Assembly: GCF_001652585.1 (NCBI RefSeq)
Contig: NZ_LWLG01000018.1
Span: 1 to 32,000, forward strand
DNA length: 32,000 nt
Reading direction: 5' to 3'
Source: Thermosulfurimonas dismutans
GTDB taxonomy: Bacteria > Desulfobacterota > Thermodesulfobacteria > Thermodesulfobacteriales > Thermodesulfobacteriaceae
Below the pieces are notes generated by a model. The model was not told the DNA's origin. It worked only from the letters and a program-made list of their open reading frames with translations, and did not search any database. The position numbers and the translations under genes were made by a program. Positions 1-15,000 of this stretch are shown here, in pieces (the stretch's first letter is position 1; the number at the start of each line of letters is the position of its first letter).

Positions 1-15
1 AGTGGGGGCTGAGTA

Positions 16-189
16 ATGGCAAAAAAGGGAGAGGCTAGGGTTATTATTCATCTTCAATGTACGGAGTGCAAGCGCCGGAACTATACTACTACTAAAAATC
101 GTCGTAACACTCCTGATAGGCTGGAATTGAAAAAATATTGTCCTTGGGATAGGAAGCACACCCTCCATAGGGAGGTTAAAGTAAAATAA
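16..189 (+). CDS. rpmG: 50S ribosomal protein L33
   Basis: 57-codon ORF below the ORF-track cut-off, translated by hand: [57 protein letters not shown]. It has the CxxC and [17 protein letters not shown] signature of L33. It sits in the canonical position upstream of tRNA-Trp/secE/nusG. Confidence 0.85.
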   Translation: MAKKGEARVIIHLQCTECKRRNYTTTKNRRNTPDRLELKKYCPWDRKHTLHREVKVK

Positions 190-192
190 GGC

Positions 193-269
193 AGGCCAGT
201 AGCTCGAACTGGTAGAGCACCGGACTCCAAATCCGGGGGTTGGGGGTTCGAATCCTCCCTGGCCTGCCA
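193..269 (+). tRNA. trnW: tRNA-Trp (anticodon CCA), 3' CCA encoded
   Basis: Cloverleaf folded by hand. Acceptor AGGCCAG/CTGGCCT. D arm GCTC-GAACTGGTA-GAGC. Anticodon stem CCGGA/TCCGG with loop CTCCAAA. T arm GGGGG-TTCGAAT-CCTCC. Discriminator G followed by CCA. Confidence 0.9.
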
Positions 270-297
270 TTTTTTTGATGCTCGTAAAGAGGGGGTT

Positions 298-564
298 ATG
301 CCTAAGGTTTCGAGGGCTAAAAAGCGCAAAGTTTCTGGTGAGAGAGTCACCTATCTTAAAGATATTAAGCGTCAAGGTCTTGTATCTAACAGTTTGCAAT
401 TTTTGAAAGAGGTCAAGGTTGAGTTTAAAAAGATTACCTGGCCTTCTCGGAAACAGACTATGGCCACTACCGCGGCGGTGCTTTCATTTACGCTTTTTAT
501 CGCCTTTTATCTTGGTTTAGTGGATCTTATTCTTTCTAAAATAGTCCAATGGTTGGTGTATTAA
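298..564 (+). CDS. secE: Preprotein translocase subunit SecE
   Basis: Conserved SecE core FLKEVKVEFKKITWPSRKQT followed by a single C-terminal TM helix (TAAVLSFTLFIAFYLGLVDLIL). Located immediately upstream of nusG. The basic N-terminal extension makes the exact start uncertain. Confidence 0.8.
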   Translation: MPKVSRAKKRKVSGERVTYLKDIKRQGLVSNSLQFLKEVKVEFKKITWPSRKQTMATTAAVLSFTLFIAFYLGLVDLILSKIVQWLVY

Positions 565-565
565 G

Positions 566-1090
566 ATGTCGAATTGGTATGTAGTTTACGTTTGGGCAGG
601 AAAGGAAAGGGAGGTCAAGGAAACCCTTCCCAGGCTTTTTGCGGAAGCCGGACTTATGGACGCCCTAGAGGAAGTAGTTGTACCGCCGGAAAAAATAATT
701 GAGGTGGTTTTTAGCCCTGAAAAACACGTTTCTAGGAGATTTTATCCCGGGTATATCCTGGTGAAGCTTGCTGCAGGTGACGAGGCTTTTGCCATCTTGC
801 GAAAAGCCGAAGGTGTGGTAGGGATAATGGGCGACGGCAAGCCGGTGCCTCTCTCGGAAGAGGAGGCTCGGAAGTTCCTTGAACAGATTTCGGTTGAGGA
901 GATAAAGCCTAAACCACGGTATCAATTTATGCCTGGGGATCGGGTGCGGATTACCGAAGGGCCTTTTGCTAACTTTCATGGAGTAGTGGACGAAGTTAAA
1001 CCGGATAAAGGAAAAGTTAAGGTGTTGGTGAGTATTTTTGGGCGTGAGACGCCGGTTGAGATTGAGTTTGCCCATGTGCAGAAGATATAA
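566..1090 (+). CDS. nusG: Transcription termination/antitermination factor NusG
   Basis: NGN domain (WYVVYVWAGKEREV...YPGYILVK) and C-terminal KOW (GDRVRITEGPFANFHGVVDEV). Conserved secE-nusG-rplK order. Confidence 0.95.
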   Translation: MSNWYVVYVWAGKEREVKETLPRLFAEAGLMDALEEVVVPPEKIIEVVFSPEKHVSRRFYPGYILVKLAAGDEAFAILRKAEGVVGIMGDGKPVPLSEEEARKFLEQISVEEIKPKPRYQFMPGDRVRITEGPFANFHGVVDEVKPDKGKVKVLVSIFGRETPVEIEFAHVQKI

Positions 1091-1107
1091 GGAAGGGGTG
1101 AGAGAGA

Positions 1108-1533
1108 ATGGCTAAGAAGGTGATAGGGGTAGTCAAGCTCCAACTTCCTGCCGGACAGGCCAACCCGGCGCCGCCGGTAGGTCCGGCTCTTGGTCAGTAT
1201 GGTGTGAATATCATGGAATTCTGTAAGGCCTTTAATGCCAAGACTAAGGGCCAGGAAGGCATGATCATTCCGGCGGTGATTACTATTTATGCTGATCGTT
1301 CCTTTACCTTTGAGCTCAAGACTCCGCCGGCTTCGGTGCTTTTGAAAAAGGCGGCTGGGGTGGAGAAGGGGGCTCATAACCCCAAGAAAGAGGTTGTGGG
1401 GCAGGTTACGCGTAAACAGGTGGAAGAGATTGCTAAAATGAAGATGAAGGATCTTAATGCGGCCAGTCTTGAGGCCGCTATGCGGATGATAGAAGGTACG
1501 GCCAAAAGCATGGGTATAGAGATTGTGGATTGA
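1108..1533 (+). CDS. rplK: 50S ribosomal protein L11
   Basis: [35 protein letters not shown] is the L11 signature. 141 aa. SD-like GAAGGGGTGAGAG upstream. Confidence 0.97.
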   Translation: MAKKVIGVVKLQLPAGQANPAPPVGPALGQYGVNIMEFCKAFNAKTKGQEGMIIPAVITIYADRSFTFELKTPPASVLLKKAAGVEKGAHNPKKEVVGQVTRKQVEEIAKMKMKDLNAASLEAAMRMIEGTAKSMGIEIVD

Positions 1534-1544
1534 GGTGAGGGATC

Positions 1545-2264
1545 ATGGCGAAGAGGGGAAAGAAGTATCGTGAGGCCCTGGCTAAGGTTGATCGGACAAA
1601 GAGATATACTTTTGAAGAGGCTGTAAAACTGGCCCTTGAGAATGCGTATGCCAACTTTGATGAAACCGTGGATGTGGCCGTGGTCTTGGGGGTGGATCCT
1701 CGGCACGCGGATCAGATGGTGAGAGGGTCGGTAGTTCTCCCGCATGGTACTGGCAAAAGTGCTCGAGTGGTGGTTTTTGCCAAGGGGGACAAGGCTAAAG
1801 AGGCGGAGGCTGCGGGTGCGGATTATGTAGGGGCTGAGGATTTGATCAAGAAAATTCAGGATGGATGGTTGGATTTTGATAAAGCGGTGGCTACTCCGGA
1901 TATGATGCCGCTTGTGGGGCGGATTGGAAAGATTCTTGGTCCGCGGGGGCTCATGCCCAGTGCTAAGACCGGGACGGTTACCTTTGACGTGGCTAGGGCG
2001 GTTAAGGAGATTAAGGCTGGTAAGGTGGATTTTAAGGTGGATCGTGCGGGTGTAGTGCATGTTCCTTTGGGGAAGGTTTCTTTTGGAGAAAAGAAAATCC
2101 TTGAAAATATGGCGGCCTTTTTCGACGCCCTTTTGAGGGCCAAGCCTTCGGCTGCCAAAGGACAATATATTAAGAACATAACTGTTTCTACTACTATGGG
2201 GCCGGGTATTAAGGTTGACCCGGCGGATGTAAGGAATCTGGTTAGCAAGTATCAGGCTGAATAG
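1545..2264 (+). CDS. rplA: 50S ribosomal protein L1
   Basis: L1 signatures [34 protein letters not shown] and [15 protein letters not shown]. 239 aa. Follows rplK by 11 nt. Confidence 0.97.
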   Translation: MAKRGKKYREALAKVDRTKRYTFEEAVKLALENAYANFDETVDVAVVLGVDPRHADQMVRGSVVLPHGTGKSARVVVFAKGDKAKEAEAAGADYVGAEDLIKKIQDGWLDFDKAVATPDMMPLVGRIGKILGPRGLMPSAKTGTVTFDVARAVKEIKAGKVDFKVDRAGVVHVPLGKVSFGEKKILENMAAFFDALLRAKPSAAKGQYIKNITVSTTMGPGIKVDPADVRNLVSKYQAE

Positions 2265-2424
2265 GTCTCAGGGTATCCCTCCCTCGGTTTTCTTCTCAGG
2301 GAGGTTACCCTGAGTCGAAGAAGGCAGGTATGCCGGAAGGCATTTAAACGGCATAAGCCGGCCTGCTGAGGCGAAAGGGTGACCTTCGTCTTGAACACGT
2401 AAAAAGTTTATAAGGAGGCTTACG
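2265..2424 (+). promoter_or_regulatory. Structured rplJ-rplL 5' leader (candidate L10 autoregulatory leader/attenuator)
   Basis: 160-nt non-coding gap in an otherwise tightly packed ribosomal operon. A long bulged hairpin at 2267-2314 (CTCAGGGTA-T-CCCTCCCT ... AGGGAGG-TTACCCTGAG) is followed by further self-complementary segments (ATGCC-GGAA-GGCAT, CCGG...CCGG). No U-tract follows the first hairpin. Confidence 0.45.
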
Positions 2425-2958
2425 GTGCTTACCCGAGCCCAAAAGGAAGAGCTGGTCAAAAATTTAAGAGAAAAGTTTGAGAAGGCGCAGGCGGTTTTTG
2501 TGACTTCTTTTCATGGTTTAACGGTAGCTGAGAGTAATGAACTCCGAAAGAGTTTGCGGGAATCTGGGGCGGAGTATCGGGTGGTCAAGAATACCCTTTT
2601 GAAGATTGCTTCTGCAGAGACCCCGGCTGAGCCTATCAAGGATTTTATTGAAGGACCTACAGGGGTCGCTATTGCCTACGAGGATCCGGTGGCGGTGGCA
2701 AAAATCCTCAGCGAGTTTGTTGAGGATCATGAAGCCTTGGTGTTAAGGGGAGCGGTTCTTCAGGGGAAGCCGATTACGGTAGAAGGTATAAAGGCCCTGG
2801 CCAAGCTTCCGCCGAAGGAGATCCTTATGGCCCAGCTCCTGGGGCTTCTCCAGGCCCCGCCGGCCAAGCTGGTACAGCTCTTGGCCAATGTCTTGCGGTC
2901 GTTCCTTTATGTGCTCAAGGCTATTGAGGAGAAAAAGGCCCAATCTGGCCAGAATTAA
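2425..2958 (+). CDS. rplJ: 50S ribosomal protein L10
   Basis: GTG start 6 nt after SD AAGGAGG (2412-2418). L10-like N-terminus (KEELVKNLREKFEKAQAVFVTSFHGLTVAESNELRKSLRE...YRVVKNTL). Directly precedes rplL. Confidence 0.93.
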   Translation: MLTRAQKEELVKNLREKFEKAQAVFVTSFHGLTVAESNELRKSLRESGAEYRVVKNTLLKIASAETPAEPIKDFIEGPTGVAIAYEDPVAVAKILSEFVEDHEALVLRGAVLQGKPITVEGIKALAKLPPKEILMAQLLGLLQAPPAKLVQLLANVLRSFLYVLKAIEEKKAQSGQN

Positions 2959-2981
2959 TCAAATAAGAAGGAGGAGAAACA

Positions 2982-3371
2982 ATGGCGGTAACCAAGGAAG
3001 AGGTGATCGAGTTTATTGCCAACATGAGTGTGCTTGAACTTTCAGAATTCATTAAAGAGCTCGAGGAGAAATTTGGAGTGAGCGCGGCCGCTCCGGTGGC
3101 GGCGGTAGCAGCGGCTCCTGGGGTGGCTGCCGGCGCCGAAGCTGCTCCGGCTGAAGAGAAGACCGAATTTGATGTTATCCTGGCGGATGTAGGGGGTAAT
3201 AAGATCCAGGTCATTAAAGAGGTTCGGGCTATTACAGGTTTGGGCCTTAAAGAGGCCAAGGATCTGGTGGAAAGTGCTCCCAAGCCCATTAAAGAGGGTG
3301 TCTCCAAGGAAGAGGCCGAGGAGATCAAAAAGAAGCTTGAAGCAGTTGGCGCTAAGGTAGAAATTAAGTAA
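2982..3371 (+). CDS. rplL: 50S ribosomal protein L7/L12
   Basis: N-terminal dimerisation helix, Ala/Pro/Val-rich hinge ([25 protein letters not shown]) and C-terminal domain [24 protein letters not shown]. Confidence 0.97.
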   Translation: MAVTKEEVIEFIANMSVLELSEFIKELEEKFGVSAAAPVAAVAAAPGVAAGAEAAPAEEKTEFDVILADVGGNKIQVIKEVRAITGLGLKEAKDLVESAPKPIKEGVSKEEAEEIKKKLEAVGAKVEIK

Positions 3372-3405
3372 AATAAAATTATTAGGGATATTTGTGGTAT
3401 AAAAA

Positions 3406-3447
3406 GAGGGCTTTTCCCCAAAATGGGGGAAGCCCTTCTTGTGTTTT
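3406..3447 (+). terminator. rplL-rpoB intergenic hairpin plus U-rich tract (partial terminator/attenuator)
   Basis: GAGGGCTTTTCCCC-AAAAT-GGGGGAAGCCCTTC imperfect stem followed by TTGTGTTTT. It occupies the same position as the well-known rplL-rpoB attenuator of E. coli. Confidence 0.55.
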
Positions 3448-3477
3448 GAAAACCAAAAGAGGGAGGCGAGTCACGCC

Positions 3478-7560
<4,083 letters not shown>

Positions 7561-7584
7561 AGCCCTTTAGGGAGGTGTTAGCTT

Positions 7585-10500
7585 ATGGAGGAACTCTTTT
7601 CCTATTTCACTAAACCCAAAGACCCTATGAATATAAAGGCCATCCGGTTGGGGCTGGCCTCCCCGGAAAAGATCCGGGAATGGAGCCACGGAGAGGTCAA
7701 GAAACCGGAGACCATAAATTACCGTACCCTCAAGCCTGAAAGGGACGGTCTTTTCTGTGCCAAAATCTTTGGTCCGGTCAAGGACTATGAGTGTCTGTGC
7801 GGAAAATACAAACGCATGAAACACCGGGGCGTGATCTGTGAAAAGTGCGGAGTAGAGGTCATCCAGAGCAAGGTCCGTCGTGAGCGTATGGGCCATATCG
7901 AACTGGCGGCCCCGGTGGCCCATATCTGGTTTCTGCGCAGTGTGCCCAGCAAAATCGGCTCCCTTCTCGATCTTACTCTGAAGGAGCTGGAATCCGTCCT
8001 CTACTTTGAGAGATATATCGTGATAGAGAGCGAGGTTCCGGAAATCCCGCCTAGGAAAGTGCTTACCGAGGAACAGGTCCAGGCCCTTCGCCAGAAATAC
8101 GGGGACAAATTCCGGGTAGGCATGGGGGCCGAGGCCATCCGCGAGATCCTGCGGAATCTAAATCTAGAGGAGTTGTCCCAGGAAATTCGGGAGGAGATGC
8201 AAAAGACGAAGAGCGAGGCCCGGCGCAAGAAATTGGGCAAGCGCCTCCGGATCGTAGAGGCTCTTCGGACCTCCGGCAACAAGCCTGAGTGGATGATCCT
8301 GGAGGTCCTGCCGGTCATTCCTCCGGAGTTAAGGCCTCTGGTACCCCTTGAGGGCGGACGCTTCGCGACTTCGGACCTCAACGACCTCTATCGGCGGGTC
8401 ATCAACCGTAACAACCGTCTCAAGCGTCTCATGGATTTGGATGCCCCTGAGGTCATCATCCGTAACGAGATGCGGATGCTTCAGGAGGCTGTGGACACCC
8501 TTTTTGACAATGGTCGTCGGGGACGCCCGGTGACCGGTCCCAACCGCAGGCCCTTGAAGAGTCTTTCGGACATGCTTAAAGGCAAGCAAGGTCGTTTCCG
8601 TCAGAACCTTCTCGGAAAACGGGTGGATTTTTCCGGGCGTTCGGTGATCGTGGCCGGACCGGAACTTCGTATGCACCAATGCGGGCTCCCCAAAAAGATG
8701 GCCATCGAGCTCTTCAAGCCCTTTATTTATCACTGGCTTGAGAAAAACGGTTACGCCACCACCATTAAGACCGCTAAGCGCCTGGTGGAACAAGAGGATC
8801 CCTTGGTCTGGGACGCCCTGGAGGAGATCGTCAAAGAGTTCCCTATCATGTTGAACCGGGCACCCACCCTGCACCGGTTGGGCATTCAGGCCTTTGAGCC
8901 TGTGCTCATCGACAGTAAGGCCATCCAGCTTCATCCCCTAGTCTGCGTGGCCTACAACGCCGACTTCGACGGGGACCAGATGGCGGTTCACGTGCCGCTT
9001 TCGGTGGAGGCCCAGACCGAATGTCGGGTGCTCATGCTCTCTACCAACAATATCCTCCTTCCGGCCAGTGGTATCCCGGTGGTCTATCCTACGCAGGACA
9101 TGGTTCTGGGGATCTTCTACATGACCCTTGAACGTCCCTTTGCCAAAGGAGAAGGCAAGGTTTTTCGGGATCGAGAGGAGGCCATCTTGGCCTATCAGGA
9201 AGGGGCCATTGATCTTCAAGCCAAGATCAAGGTCAGGATGGATGGCAAGCTGGTGGAGACCACGGTGGGAAGGATCATCTTCTCGACCATTGTGCCGGAA
9301 GAGATTCCCTTTGAGGAATACAATAAACCCCTTCGAAAGAAGGAACTCCAAAAGCTGATCGATCTTTCCTATCGCCAAGCCGGGCCTAAAAAGACCGTGA
9401 TTTTTGCGGACCGGATGAAGGATATGGGGTATCAGTTGGCTACCGAGGCCGGTCTTTCCATCTGTGTGGATTATCTCACCATTCCGAAAAAGAAGGCCGA
9501 GATCTTGGCCGAGGCCGAGAAGAAGGTTCAGGAGATCTTGAAACAGTATCAGGAAGGACTCATTACCGACGGCGAACGTTACAACAAGACGGTGGATATC
9601 TGGGCCACGGCTACGGAGCGGGTTACTCAAGAGATGATCAAGGAGATGGAGACCGGGGAGTATGTAGGACCGGATGGTAAGAAGGTCATCGGTCCTAGCA
9701 TGAACCCGGTGTACATCATGGCCTACTCCGGAGCCCGAGGCTCCATCGACCAGATCCGACAGCTTGCGGGTATGCGGGGTCTCATGGCCAAGCCTTCGGG
9801 TGAGATCATTGAGACCCCCATTAAGAGCAACTTCCGGGAAGGTCTTTCGGTTCTGGAATACTTCGTATCTACCCACGGAGCCCGTAAGGGACTTGCGGAT
9901 ACGGCCCTTAAGACCGCTAACGCCGGATACCTTACCCGGCGTCTGGTGGACGTGGCCCAGGACTGCACTATTGTGGAAGAAGATTGCGGTACCATTGACG
10001 GCATCGAGGTTGGACACTTGATCGAGGCCGGAGAGATCATGGAGCCGGTCTGGGATCGAGTGTTCGGAAGGGTAGCCCTTGAAGACATAGTGGATCCGGT
10101 AACCGGAGAGGTCTTGGTGCGGGCCAACGAGGAAATCGACGAGGAGGCAGTTAAAAAGCTCCGGGAGGCCGGAATCGAAAAGGTGGCCATCCGCTCGGTG
10201 CTTACCTGTCAGAGCCGTTACGGGGTGTGTGCAAAGTGCTATGGTCGAGATCTGGCCACCGGACGTATGGTGGAGATCGGAGAGGCCGTAGGAGTCATCG
10301 CGGCCCAGTCCATCGGAGAACCTGGAACCCAGCTCACCATGCGTACCTTCCATATCGGAGGAACGGCCAGCCGGGCCGTGGAACAGAGCGAGCACCGGGC
10401 CCAGACCCAGGGGCAAATAAAGTTCATCAATCTACGCACCGTGCGGGGACGGGACGGGGCCCTGGTAGCCCTCAACCGTCAGGGCGAGATCGCGGTGGTG

Positions 10501-11691
10501 GCCCCGGATGGCCGCGAAAAAGAAAGATATCCCGTGGTTTACGGGGCCAAGATCCGGGTGGATGAAGGTCAAGAGGTCAAACCTGGAGATCTTCTAGTGG
10601 AATGGGATCCTTTCACCAACCCCATCGTCACCGAGGTCTCCGGTAAGGTCAAGTTCGGAGACATAATTGACGGGGTAACGGTGGATGAGCGTACCGATCC
10701 CATCACCGGTAAAGTGAGCATCATCGTACGGGAATACAAGCTTACGGATTACCGGCCGAGGATCTCCATTAAGGACGAACGTGGGCGTACTAAGAAGCTA
10801 CCTTCGGGCCGTGGTCAGGCTCGGTATCTCCTTCCGGTGGGGGCCATTCTTACGGTCCAGGAGGGCGATTATGTAGAGGCTGGTGACGTAATCGCCAAGA
10901 TTCCGAGGGAAACCGTAAAGACCAAGGACATTACTGGTGGTCTTCCCCGGGTAGCAGAACTCTTTGAGGCCCGCAAACCCAAAGACTACGCCATCATCAG
11001 TGAAATCGAAGGAGAGGTGATTTTTGAAAAGGAGATGAAGGGTAAGCGGAAGATCGTGGTGAAGCCGGAGGTCGGAGAAGCCAAAGAATACCTAGTTCCC
11101 AAGGGTAAGTACCTTGCGGTTCAGGAAGGTGATTATATTCGAGCCGGTGATCCCCTGATTGAAGGTTCGCCCAATCCCCATGATATCCTCCGGGTAAAGG
11201 GTATCAAGGAACTGGCCAAATTTCTGGTGGAGGAAATCCAGGAGGTCTATCGTCTTCAAGGAGTTCGCATCAACGACAAACATTTTGAGGTCATCGTGCG
11301 GCAGATGCTCAAAAAGGTCAAGATCAAGGAGACCGGGGATACCCATTTCATGATCGGTGAGCTGGTAGATCGAGCCGTATTTGAGGAGGAAAACGAGAAG
11401 GTCCTGGCCCAGGGCGGAAGACCGGCGGTGGCGGAACCGGTGGTCCTGGGTATCACCAAGGCCTCGCTTTCGACCGAAAGCTGGTTGTCCGCGGCCTCCT
11501 TCCAGGAGACCACCCGGGTGCTTACCGATGCCGCCCTGGCCGGCAAGGTGGATTACCTGCGAGGTCTAAAAGAGAACGTGATCATCGGGCGACTGATTCC
11601 TGCCGGAACCGGAAGGGTCTATTATGACCTGCGGGCCGAGGAGAAGCAGAAAGCGCTTGAAGCTAAACCTTCGGCGGAGTTGCCTTTCTAA
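7585..11691 (+). CDS. rpoC: DNA-directed RNA polymerase subunit beta'
   Basis: N-terminal Zn finger [23 protein letters not shown]. Catalytic [12 protein letters not shown] motif. 1368 aa. SD GGGAGGTG upstream. Confidence 0.98.
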   Translation: MEELFSYFTKPKDPMNIKAIRLGLASPEKIREWSHGEVKKPETINYRTLKPERDGLFCAKIFGPVKDYECLCGKYKRMKHRGVICEKCGVEVIQSKVRRERMGHIELAAPVAHIWFLRSVPSKIGSLLDLTLKELESVLYFERYIVIESEVPEIPPRKVLTEEQVQALRQKYGDKFRVGMGAEAIREILRNLNLEELSQEIREEMQKTKSEARRKKLGKRLRIVEALRTSGNKPEWMILEVLPVIPPELRPLVPLEGGRFATSDLNDLYRRVINRNNRLKRLMDLDAPEVIIRNEMRMLQEAVDTLFDNGRRGRPVTGPNRRPLKSLSDMLKGKQGRFRQNLLGKRVDFSGRSVIVAGPELRMHQCGLPKKMAIELFKPFIYHWLEKNGYATTIKTAKRLVEQEDPLVWDALEEIVKEFPIMLNRAPTLHRLGIQAFEPVLIDSKAIQLHPLVCVAYNADFDGDQMAVHVPLSVEAQTECRVLMLSTNNILLPASGIPVVYPTQDMVLGIFYMTLERPFAKGEGKVFRDREEAILAYQEGAIDLQAKIKVRMDGKLVETTVGRIIFSTIVPEEIPFEEYNKPLRKKELQKLIDLSYRQAGPKKTVIFADRMKDMGYQLATEAGLSICVDYLTIPKKKAEILAEAEKKVQEILKQYQEGLITDGERYNKTVDIWATATERVTQEMIKEMETGEYVGPDGKKVIGPSMNPVYIMAYSGARGSIDQIRQLAGMRGLMAKPSGEIIETPIKSNFREGLSVLEYFVSTHGARKGLADTALKTANAGYLTRRLVDVAQDCTIVEEDCGTIDGIEVGHLIEAGEIMEPVWDRVFGRVALEDIVDPVTGEVLVRANEEIDEEAVKKLREAGIEKVAIRSVLTCQSRYGVCAKCYGRDLATGRMVEIGEAVGVIAAQSIGEPGTQLTMRTFHIGGTASRAVEQSEHRAQTQGQIKFINLRTVRGRDGALVALNRQGEIAVVAPDGREKERYPVVYGAKIRVDEGQEVKPGDLLVEWDPFTNPIVTEVSGKVKFGDIIDGVTVDERTDPITGKVSIIVREYKLTDYRPRISIKDERGRTKKLPSGRGQARYLLPVGAILTVQEGDYVEAGDVIAKIPRETVKTKDITGGLPRVAELFEARKPKDYAIISEIEGEVIFEKEMKGKRKIVVKPEVGEAKEYLVPKGKYLAVQEGDYIRAGDPLIEGSPNPHDILRVKGIKELAKFLVEEIQEVYRLQGVRINDKHFEVIVRQMLKKVKIKETGDTHFMIGELVDRAVFEEENEKVLAQGGRPAVAEPVVLGITKASLSTESWLSAASFQETTRVLTDAALAGKVDYLRGLKENVIIGRLIPAGTGRVYYDLRAEEKQKALEAKPSAELPF

Positions 11692-11693
11692 AG

Positions 11694-11735
11694 GGAAAGA
11701 GCGGCCCATATCGGGCCGCTCTTTCCTTATTCTTT
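11694..11735. terminator. Intrinsic (potentially bidirectional) terminator between rpoC and the convergent dus gene
   Basis: Perfect 14-bp GC-rich stem GGAAAGAGCGGCCC / GGGCCGCTCTTTCC with loop ATATC, followed by TTATTCTTT. It starts 3 nt after the rpoC stop. Confidence 0.8.
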
Positions 11736-11758
11736 GAAGACCGAAGGCCAAAAGTTAA

Positions 11759-12694
11759 TTATTCCGCTGCCTCCTTAAGCTTTTCGAGCCTTTTTATGAG
11801 GGTATGACAATCTGGGGCGGTAAGTAAAGGGGGAAGGAAACGTTTCCTGTTAGGCAGGCCTTTGAAGAGCTGGGCGAGCAGGGCCTTTATCTTCTTACAG
11901 GCCGTTTCCTTCCGAAAGACTTCAAACATGAGAGTGAGAAGCTCCAGGGCAAAATTAACCCTTTCGATGAGTCCGATGGCGAGCGCTTTCCTCGCCCGGT
12001 ACTCCTGGAAGATCCAGGGGTTTTTGAGGGCCGCCCGGCCCACCATGACGGCCCGTACTCCGGTTTCGCAAAACATGCGTTCAATGTCCCGCCAATTTCC
12101 GATGTCTCCGTTTCCGATCACGAAGATATTCTCACCGACAAGCCTTGCTAAGTCTCGGATGCGTTCCCAGCGGGCTTGGCCGGAAAAGCCTTCCACCGCA
12201 AGCCTGGGGTGAAGGACGAGGGTCGAAACTCCGGCCCGCACCAGTCTTTCGGTAATCTCTTCCAGACGGTCTCGACCCCAGCCCAGACGAAACTTGGCCG
12301 AGACCGGTATTCCGTAGGCCTTTCCAGCAGCGACCAAGGCCTCGGCACAGGCCTCCATGCGCGAGAGATCTTTAAGCAACCCGGCTCCGGCTCCCCGCGA
12401 GGCCACCTTCTTTACGGAACAGCCCAGATTGAGGTCGAGTCCGTCGGGTTTCAGGGTCCGGGCTACGATCAAGCCTGCCTGATAGATCTTTTCGGGATCG
12501 TTTCCGAAAAGCTGGATTGTGATCGGTCTTTCCTCGGCAGTGAAGAAGAGTAGGGGCTCTCCAAGCCCCTTTTTCAGGATCATGTCGGCACTTATAAGCT
12601 CGGTCCAGGTACGGTCGGCCCCTAACCTTCTTGCAAGGCGTCTGAAAGGTGAGTGGGTAAAGCCCGCCAGAGGAGCTAAGATGACCTCGCCCAC
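11759..12694 (-). CDS. dus: tRNA-dihydrouridine synthase (Dus family)
   Basis: LAPLAGFTHSPFRRLARRLGAD N-terminus and DLNLGCSVKKVASRGAGAGLL catalytic-Cys block typical of Dus flavoenzymes. GTG start overlaps the tyrS stop by 1 nt (TAGTG). Confidence 0.85.
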   Translation of the reverse strand: MGEVILAPLAGFTHSPFRRLARRLGADRTWTELISADMILKKGLGEPLLFFTAEERPITIQLFGNDPEKIYQAGLIVARTLKPDGLDLNLGCSVKKVASRGAGAGLLKDLSRMEACAEALVAAGKAYGIPVSAKFRLGWGRDRLEEITERLVRAGVSTLVLHPRLAVEGFSGQARWERIRDLARLVGENIFVIGNGDIGNWRDIERMFCETGVRAVMVGRAALKNPWIFQEYRARKALAIGLIERVNFALELLTLMFEVFRKETACKKIKALLAQLFKGLPNRKRFLPPLLTAPDCHTLIKRLEKLKEAAE

Positions 12695-13908
12695 TACTTC
12701 ACTTTTACTTTGAAAAACCGCTTTTTCCCGATGCGGAAGTAGTATTCTCCAGGACGAAATTCGAAATTTTCGTCTCTAAGGGCCTCTCCGTCCATCAATT
12801 TAACGGCTCCTTGGGTGATGAGGCGTTTGGCCTCCGAGGTGCTTTTGGTAAAGCCCTTTTCTTTGAGGAGTTGTGGAAGCCAGATTACCCCCGGTGAGAC
12901 CTCTACCTCCGGAATATCTTTTGGGATCTCCTTTCGGGCAAAGACTCGTTCAAACTCCTCGGCGGCCTCGCGGGCTGCGGCCTCGGAATGGAATTGGGCC
13001 ACGATGAGCATGGCCAGGCGCTTTTTGACTTCCTTGGGATGTTCCCGTCCTTCCGCTACGGCCTGCTTTAGTCTTTCCACTTCGTCAAGGGGAATGTCGG
13101 TCAAAAGCTCGTAGTATCGCCACATGAGATCATCCGAAATGGACATGAGTTTTCCGAACATCTCCTGTGGGGGTTCCATGATGCCCACGTAGTTTCCGAG
13201 ACTCTTGCTCATCTTCTGGACACCGTCTAGGCCCTCCAGGATGGGCACGGTGATGATGACCTGCGGCTCCTGTCCGTATTCGCGCTGAATCTCACGGCCC
13301 ACCAGGAGATTGAAGAGCTGGTCTGTTCCTCCGAGCTCCACGTCGGCTTTCAAGGCCACAGAATCGTAAGCCTGGATGAGGGGATAGATCAATTCATGAA
13401 TGGCGATGGGGCGGTGGGTCTCGAAGCGTTTTTTGAAGTCGTCCCTCTCAAGCATGCGGGCTACGGTGTATTTGGCACAGAGACGGATGAAGTCCTCGGC
13501 GGTCAATTTGCTCATCCATTCGCTGTTGAAGACCACCTTGGTCCTTTCGGGATCAAGGATCTTGAAGACCTGTTCGGCATAGGTTTTGGCGTTTTCCTCC
13601 ACCTGTTCCCGGGTGAGCGGCGGCCGAGTTTCAGATCGGCCAGAGGGGTCTCCGATCCTGGCTGTGAAATCGCCGATCAGGAAATAGACCTCGTGGCCCA
13701 GATCCTGAAAGTGTCGCATCTTCCTCAAAAGGACGGTGTGTCCCAAATGAAGATCCGGAGCCGTGGGATCGAAACCGGCCTTGATCCTTAAAGGAGTTCC
13801 GGTTTCCTGAGCTCGTTTGAGCTTTCCAAGAAGCTCCTTTTCCTCTACCATATCTACCGTGCCGCGTCTTAGATATTCCAGGGCCTCCTCAGGGCTCAGC
13901 TTTTTCAT
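12694..13908 (-). CDS. tyrS: Tyrosine--tRNA ligase
   Basis: Class I aaRS motifs HLGH ([16 protein letters not shown]) and KMSKS ([11 protein letters not shown]). C-terminal S4-like domain ([17 protein letters not shown]). Confidence 0.95.
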   Translation of the reverse strand: MKKLSPEEALEYLRRGTVDMVEEKELLGKLKRAQETGTPLRIKAGFDPTAPDLHLGHTVLLRKMRHFQDLGHEVYFLIGDFTARIGDPSGRSETRPPLTREQVEENAKTYAEQVFKILDPERTKVVFNSEWMSKLTAEDFIRLCAKYTVARMLERDDFKKRFETHRPIAIHELIYPLIQAYDSVALKADVELGGTDQLFNLLVGREIQREYGQEPQVIITVPILEGLDGVQKMSKSLGNYVGIMEPPQEMFGKLMSISDDLMWRYYELLTDIPLDEVERLKQAVAEGREHPKEVKKRLAMLIVAQFHSEAAAREAAEEFERVFARKEIPKDIPEVEVSPGVIWLPQLLKEKGFTKSTSEAKRLITQGAVKLMDGEALRDENFEFRPGEYYFRIGKKRFFKVKVK

Positions 13909-13980
13909 GAGGTAAAGCCTCCTGACCCGAGATATTGCCGATTTCTTTAACTCCGTCTGAAGAAGTATTCAAGATGAGAA

Positions 13981-15000
13981 TTAACAGATTCGTGGTAATG
14001 GTTCTCCAGTAAGTACAGGAAGGATCCGTTCGCCTCCAATGGCAGTTTTGAGAATCACGAGCGGCCGGTCGGTTTGATTCCGTACCTGGCCTATAAGGCG
14101 GGCTTCATGGCCTCCCGGAAGCTCTTTGAGGACTTGCAAGGCTTCTTCTCCCTTTCCGCGGGCCACCATCGCCACGAATCTTCCCTCGCAGGCGAGATAT
14201 AAAGGGTCAAGTCCCAGGATTTCGCAACCTCCGCGTACTTCCGCCCTCACCGGAATCTCGGATTCGAGAAGCTCTATCTCTACCTTGGCCTCTTGGGCGA
14301 GCTCGTTTACCGTGGTAGCGAGTCCTCCCCGGGTGGGGTCCCTCAGGGCGTGAACCGCTGGGCCGAGGGCTTTGAGTAGAGCCTCCACCAGGGGCCATAC
14401 CGGGGCGGAATCGCTTCGGAGGCCTTTTAAAGGAAGACTCTCCCTTGCGGAAAGTACTGCCAGACCGTGCTCTCCGATGGGACCGGAGACCAAGATTTCG
14501 TCTCCAGGTTCGATCCTTCGCGGATGAGGATAAGGATCGGCAAGGATTTCTCCCATTCCGGTGGTGGTGATGAATATGCGATCACCTTTGCCTTTGGGCA
14601 CAACTTTGGTGTCTCCACAGACAATCTTCACTCCGATTTCCTCGGCGGCCCGGGCCATAGAGAGGACAATCCTTTTGAGATCAGCCAGTGGCAGGCCCTC
14701 TTCCAAAATGAAACCACAGGCGAGATAGAGGGGCCTGGCTCCCACCATGGCTAAATCGTTTACGGTGCCGTGGACCGCAAGGGATCCGAGGTCTCCTCCA
14801 GGAAAAAAAATGGGATCCACTACGAAGCTGTCGGTGGTAAAGGCCAGAGGCCCGGAGTGGGTTCCCAGAATCGCGGAGTCTAGAAAACCTTCTCCGGAAG
14901 CCTCAAAGGCGGAGTAAAAGATCTCCCTTATAAGCCTGTGGGTGGCCCGACCTCCGCTTCCGTGATCAAGGAGGATGTAATCCCTATCGCCAGACGCCAT
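13981..15000 (-). CDS. hypE: Hydrogenase maturation carbamoyl dehydratase HypE
   Basis: Collinear with E. coli HypE as I recall it: LDHGSGG, FTTDSFVVDPIFFPGGDLGSLAVHGTVNDLAMVGA, GFILEEGLP, DPTRGG. It has the diagnostic C-terminal PRIC motif (…GEPLPRIC-stop). Confidence 0.9.
   Translation of the reverse strand: MASGDRDYILLDHGSGGRATHRLIREIFYSAFEASGEGFLDSAILGTHSGPLAFTTDSFVVDPIFFPGGDLGSLAVHGTVNDLAMVGARPLYLACGFILEEGLPLADLKRIVLSMARAAEEIGVKIVCGDTKVVPKGKGDRIFITTTGMGEILADPYPHPRRIEPGDEILVSGPIGEHGLAVLSARESLPLKGLRSDSAPVWPLVEALLKALGPAVHALRDPTRGGLATTVNELAQEAKVEIELLESEIPVRAEVRGGCEILGLDPLYLACEGRFVAMVARGKGEEALQVLKELPGGHEARLIGQVRNQTDRPLVILKTAIGGERILPVLTGEPLPRIC

Noticed and set aside
298-420. Unusually long basic N-terminal region of SecE (MPKVSRAKKRKVSGERV…), possibly a separate small gene or a mis-called start.
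   Set aside because: There is no alternative in-frame ATG before the conserved core and no stop separating the two parts. Variable basic N-termini are common in single-TM SecE proteins. It is kept as part of secE, with start uncertainty noted.
3439-3477. N-terminal extension of rpoB from a TTG start ([13 protein letters not shown]…).
   Set aside because: The TTG lies within the U-tract of the rplL-rpoB attenuator hairpin. The ATG at 3478 has a proper SD and gives the conserved RpoB N-terminus.
8938-10416. 492-aa ORF on the minus strand, plus other long antisense ORFs (1374-2165, 3382-4263, 6358-6948, 8329-8934, 20144-21028).
   Set aside because: All lie antisense to strongly conserved genes (rplK/rplA, rpoB, rpoC, MCP). 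They have low-complexity R/G/H/P/S-rich translations, no SD sequences and no recognisable motifs. They are typical shadow ORFs caused by the codon bias of the sense gene.
13909-13980. Possible T-box or other leader upstream of tyrS.
   Set aside because: Only 72 nt separate tyrS from hypE, far too short for a T-box riboswitch. No specifier or antiterminator-like structure is visible.
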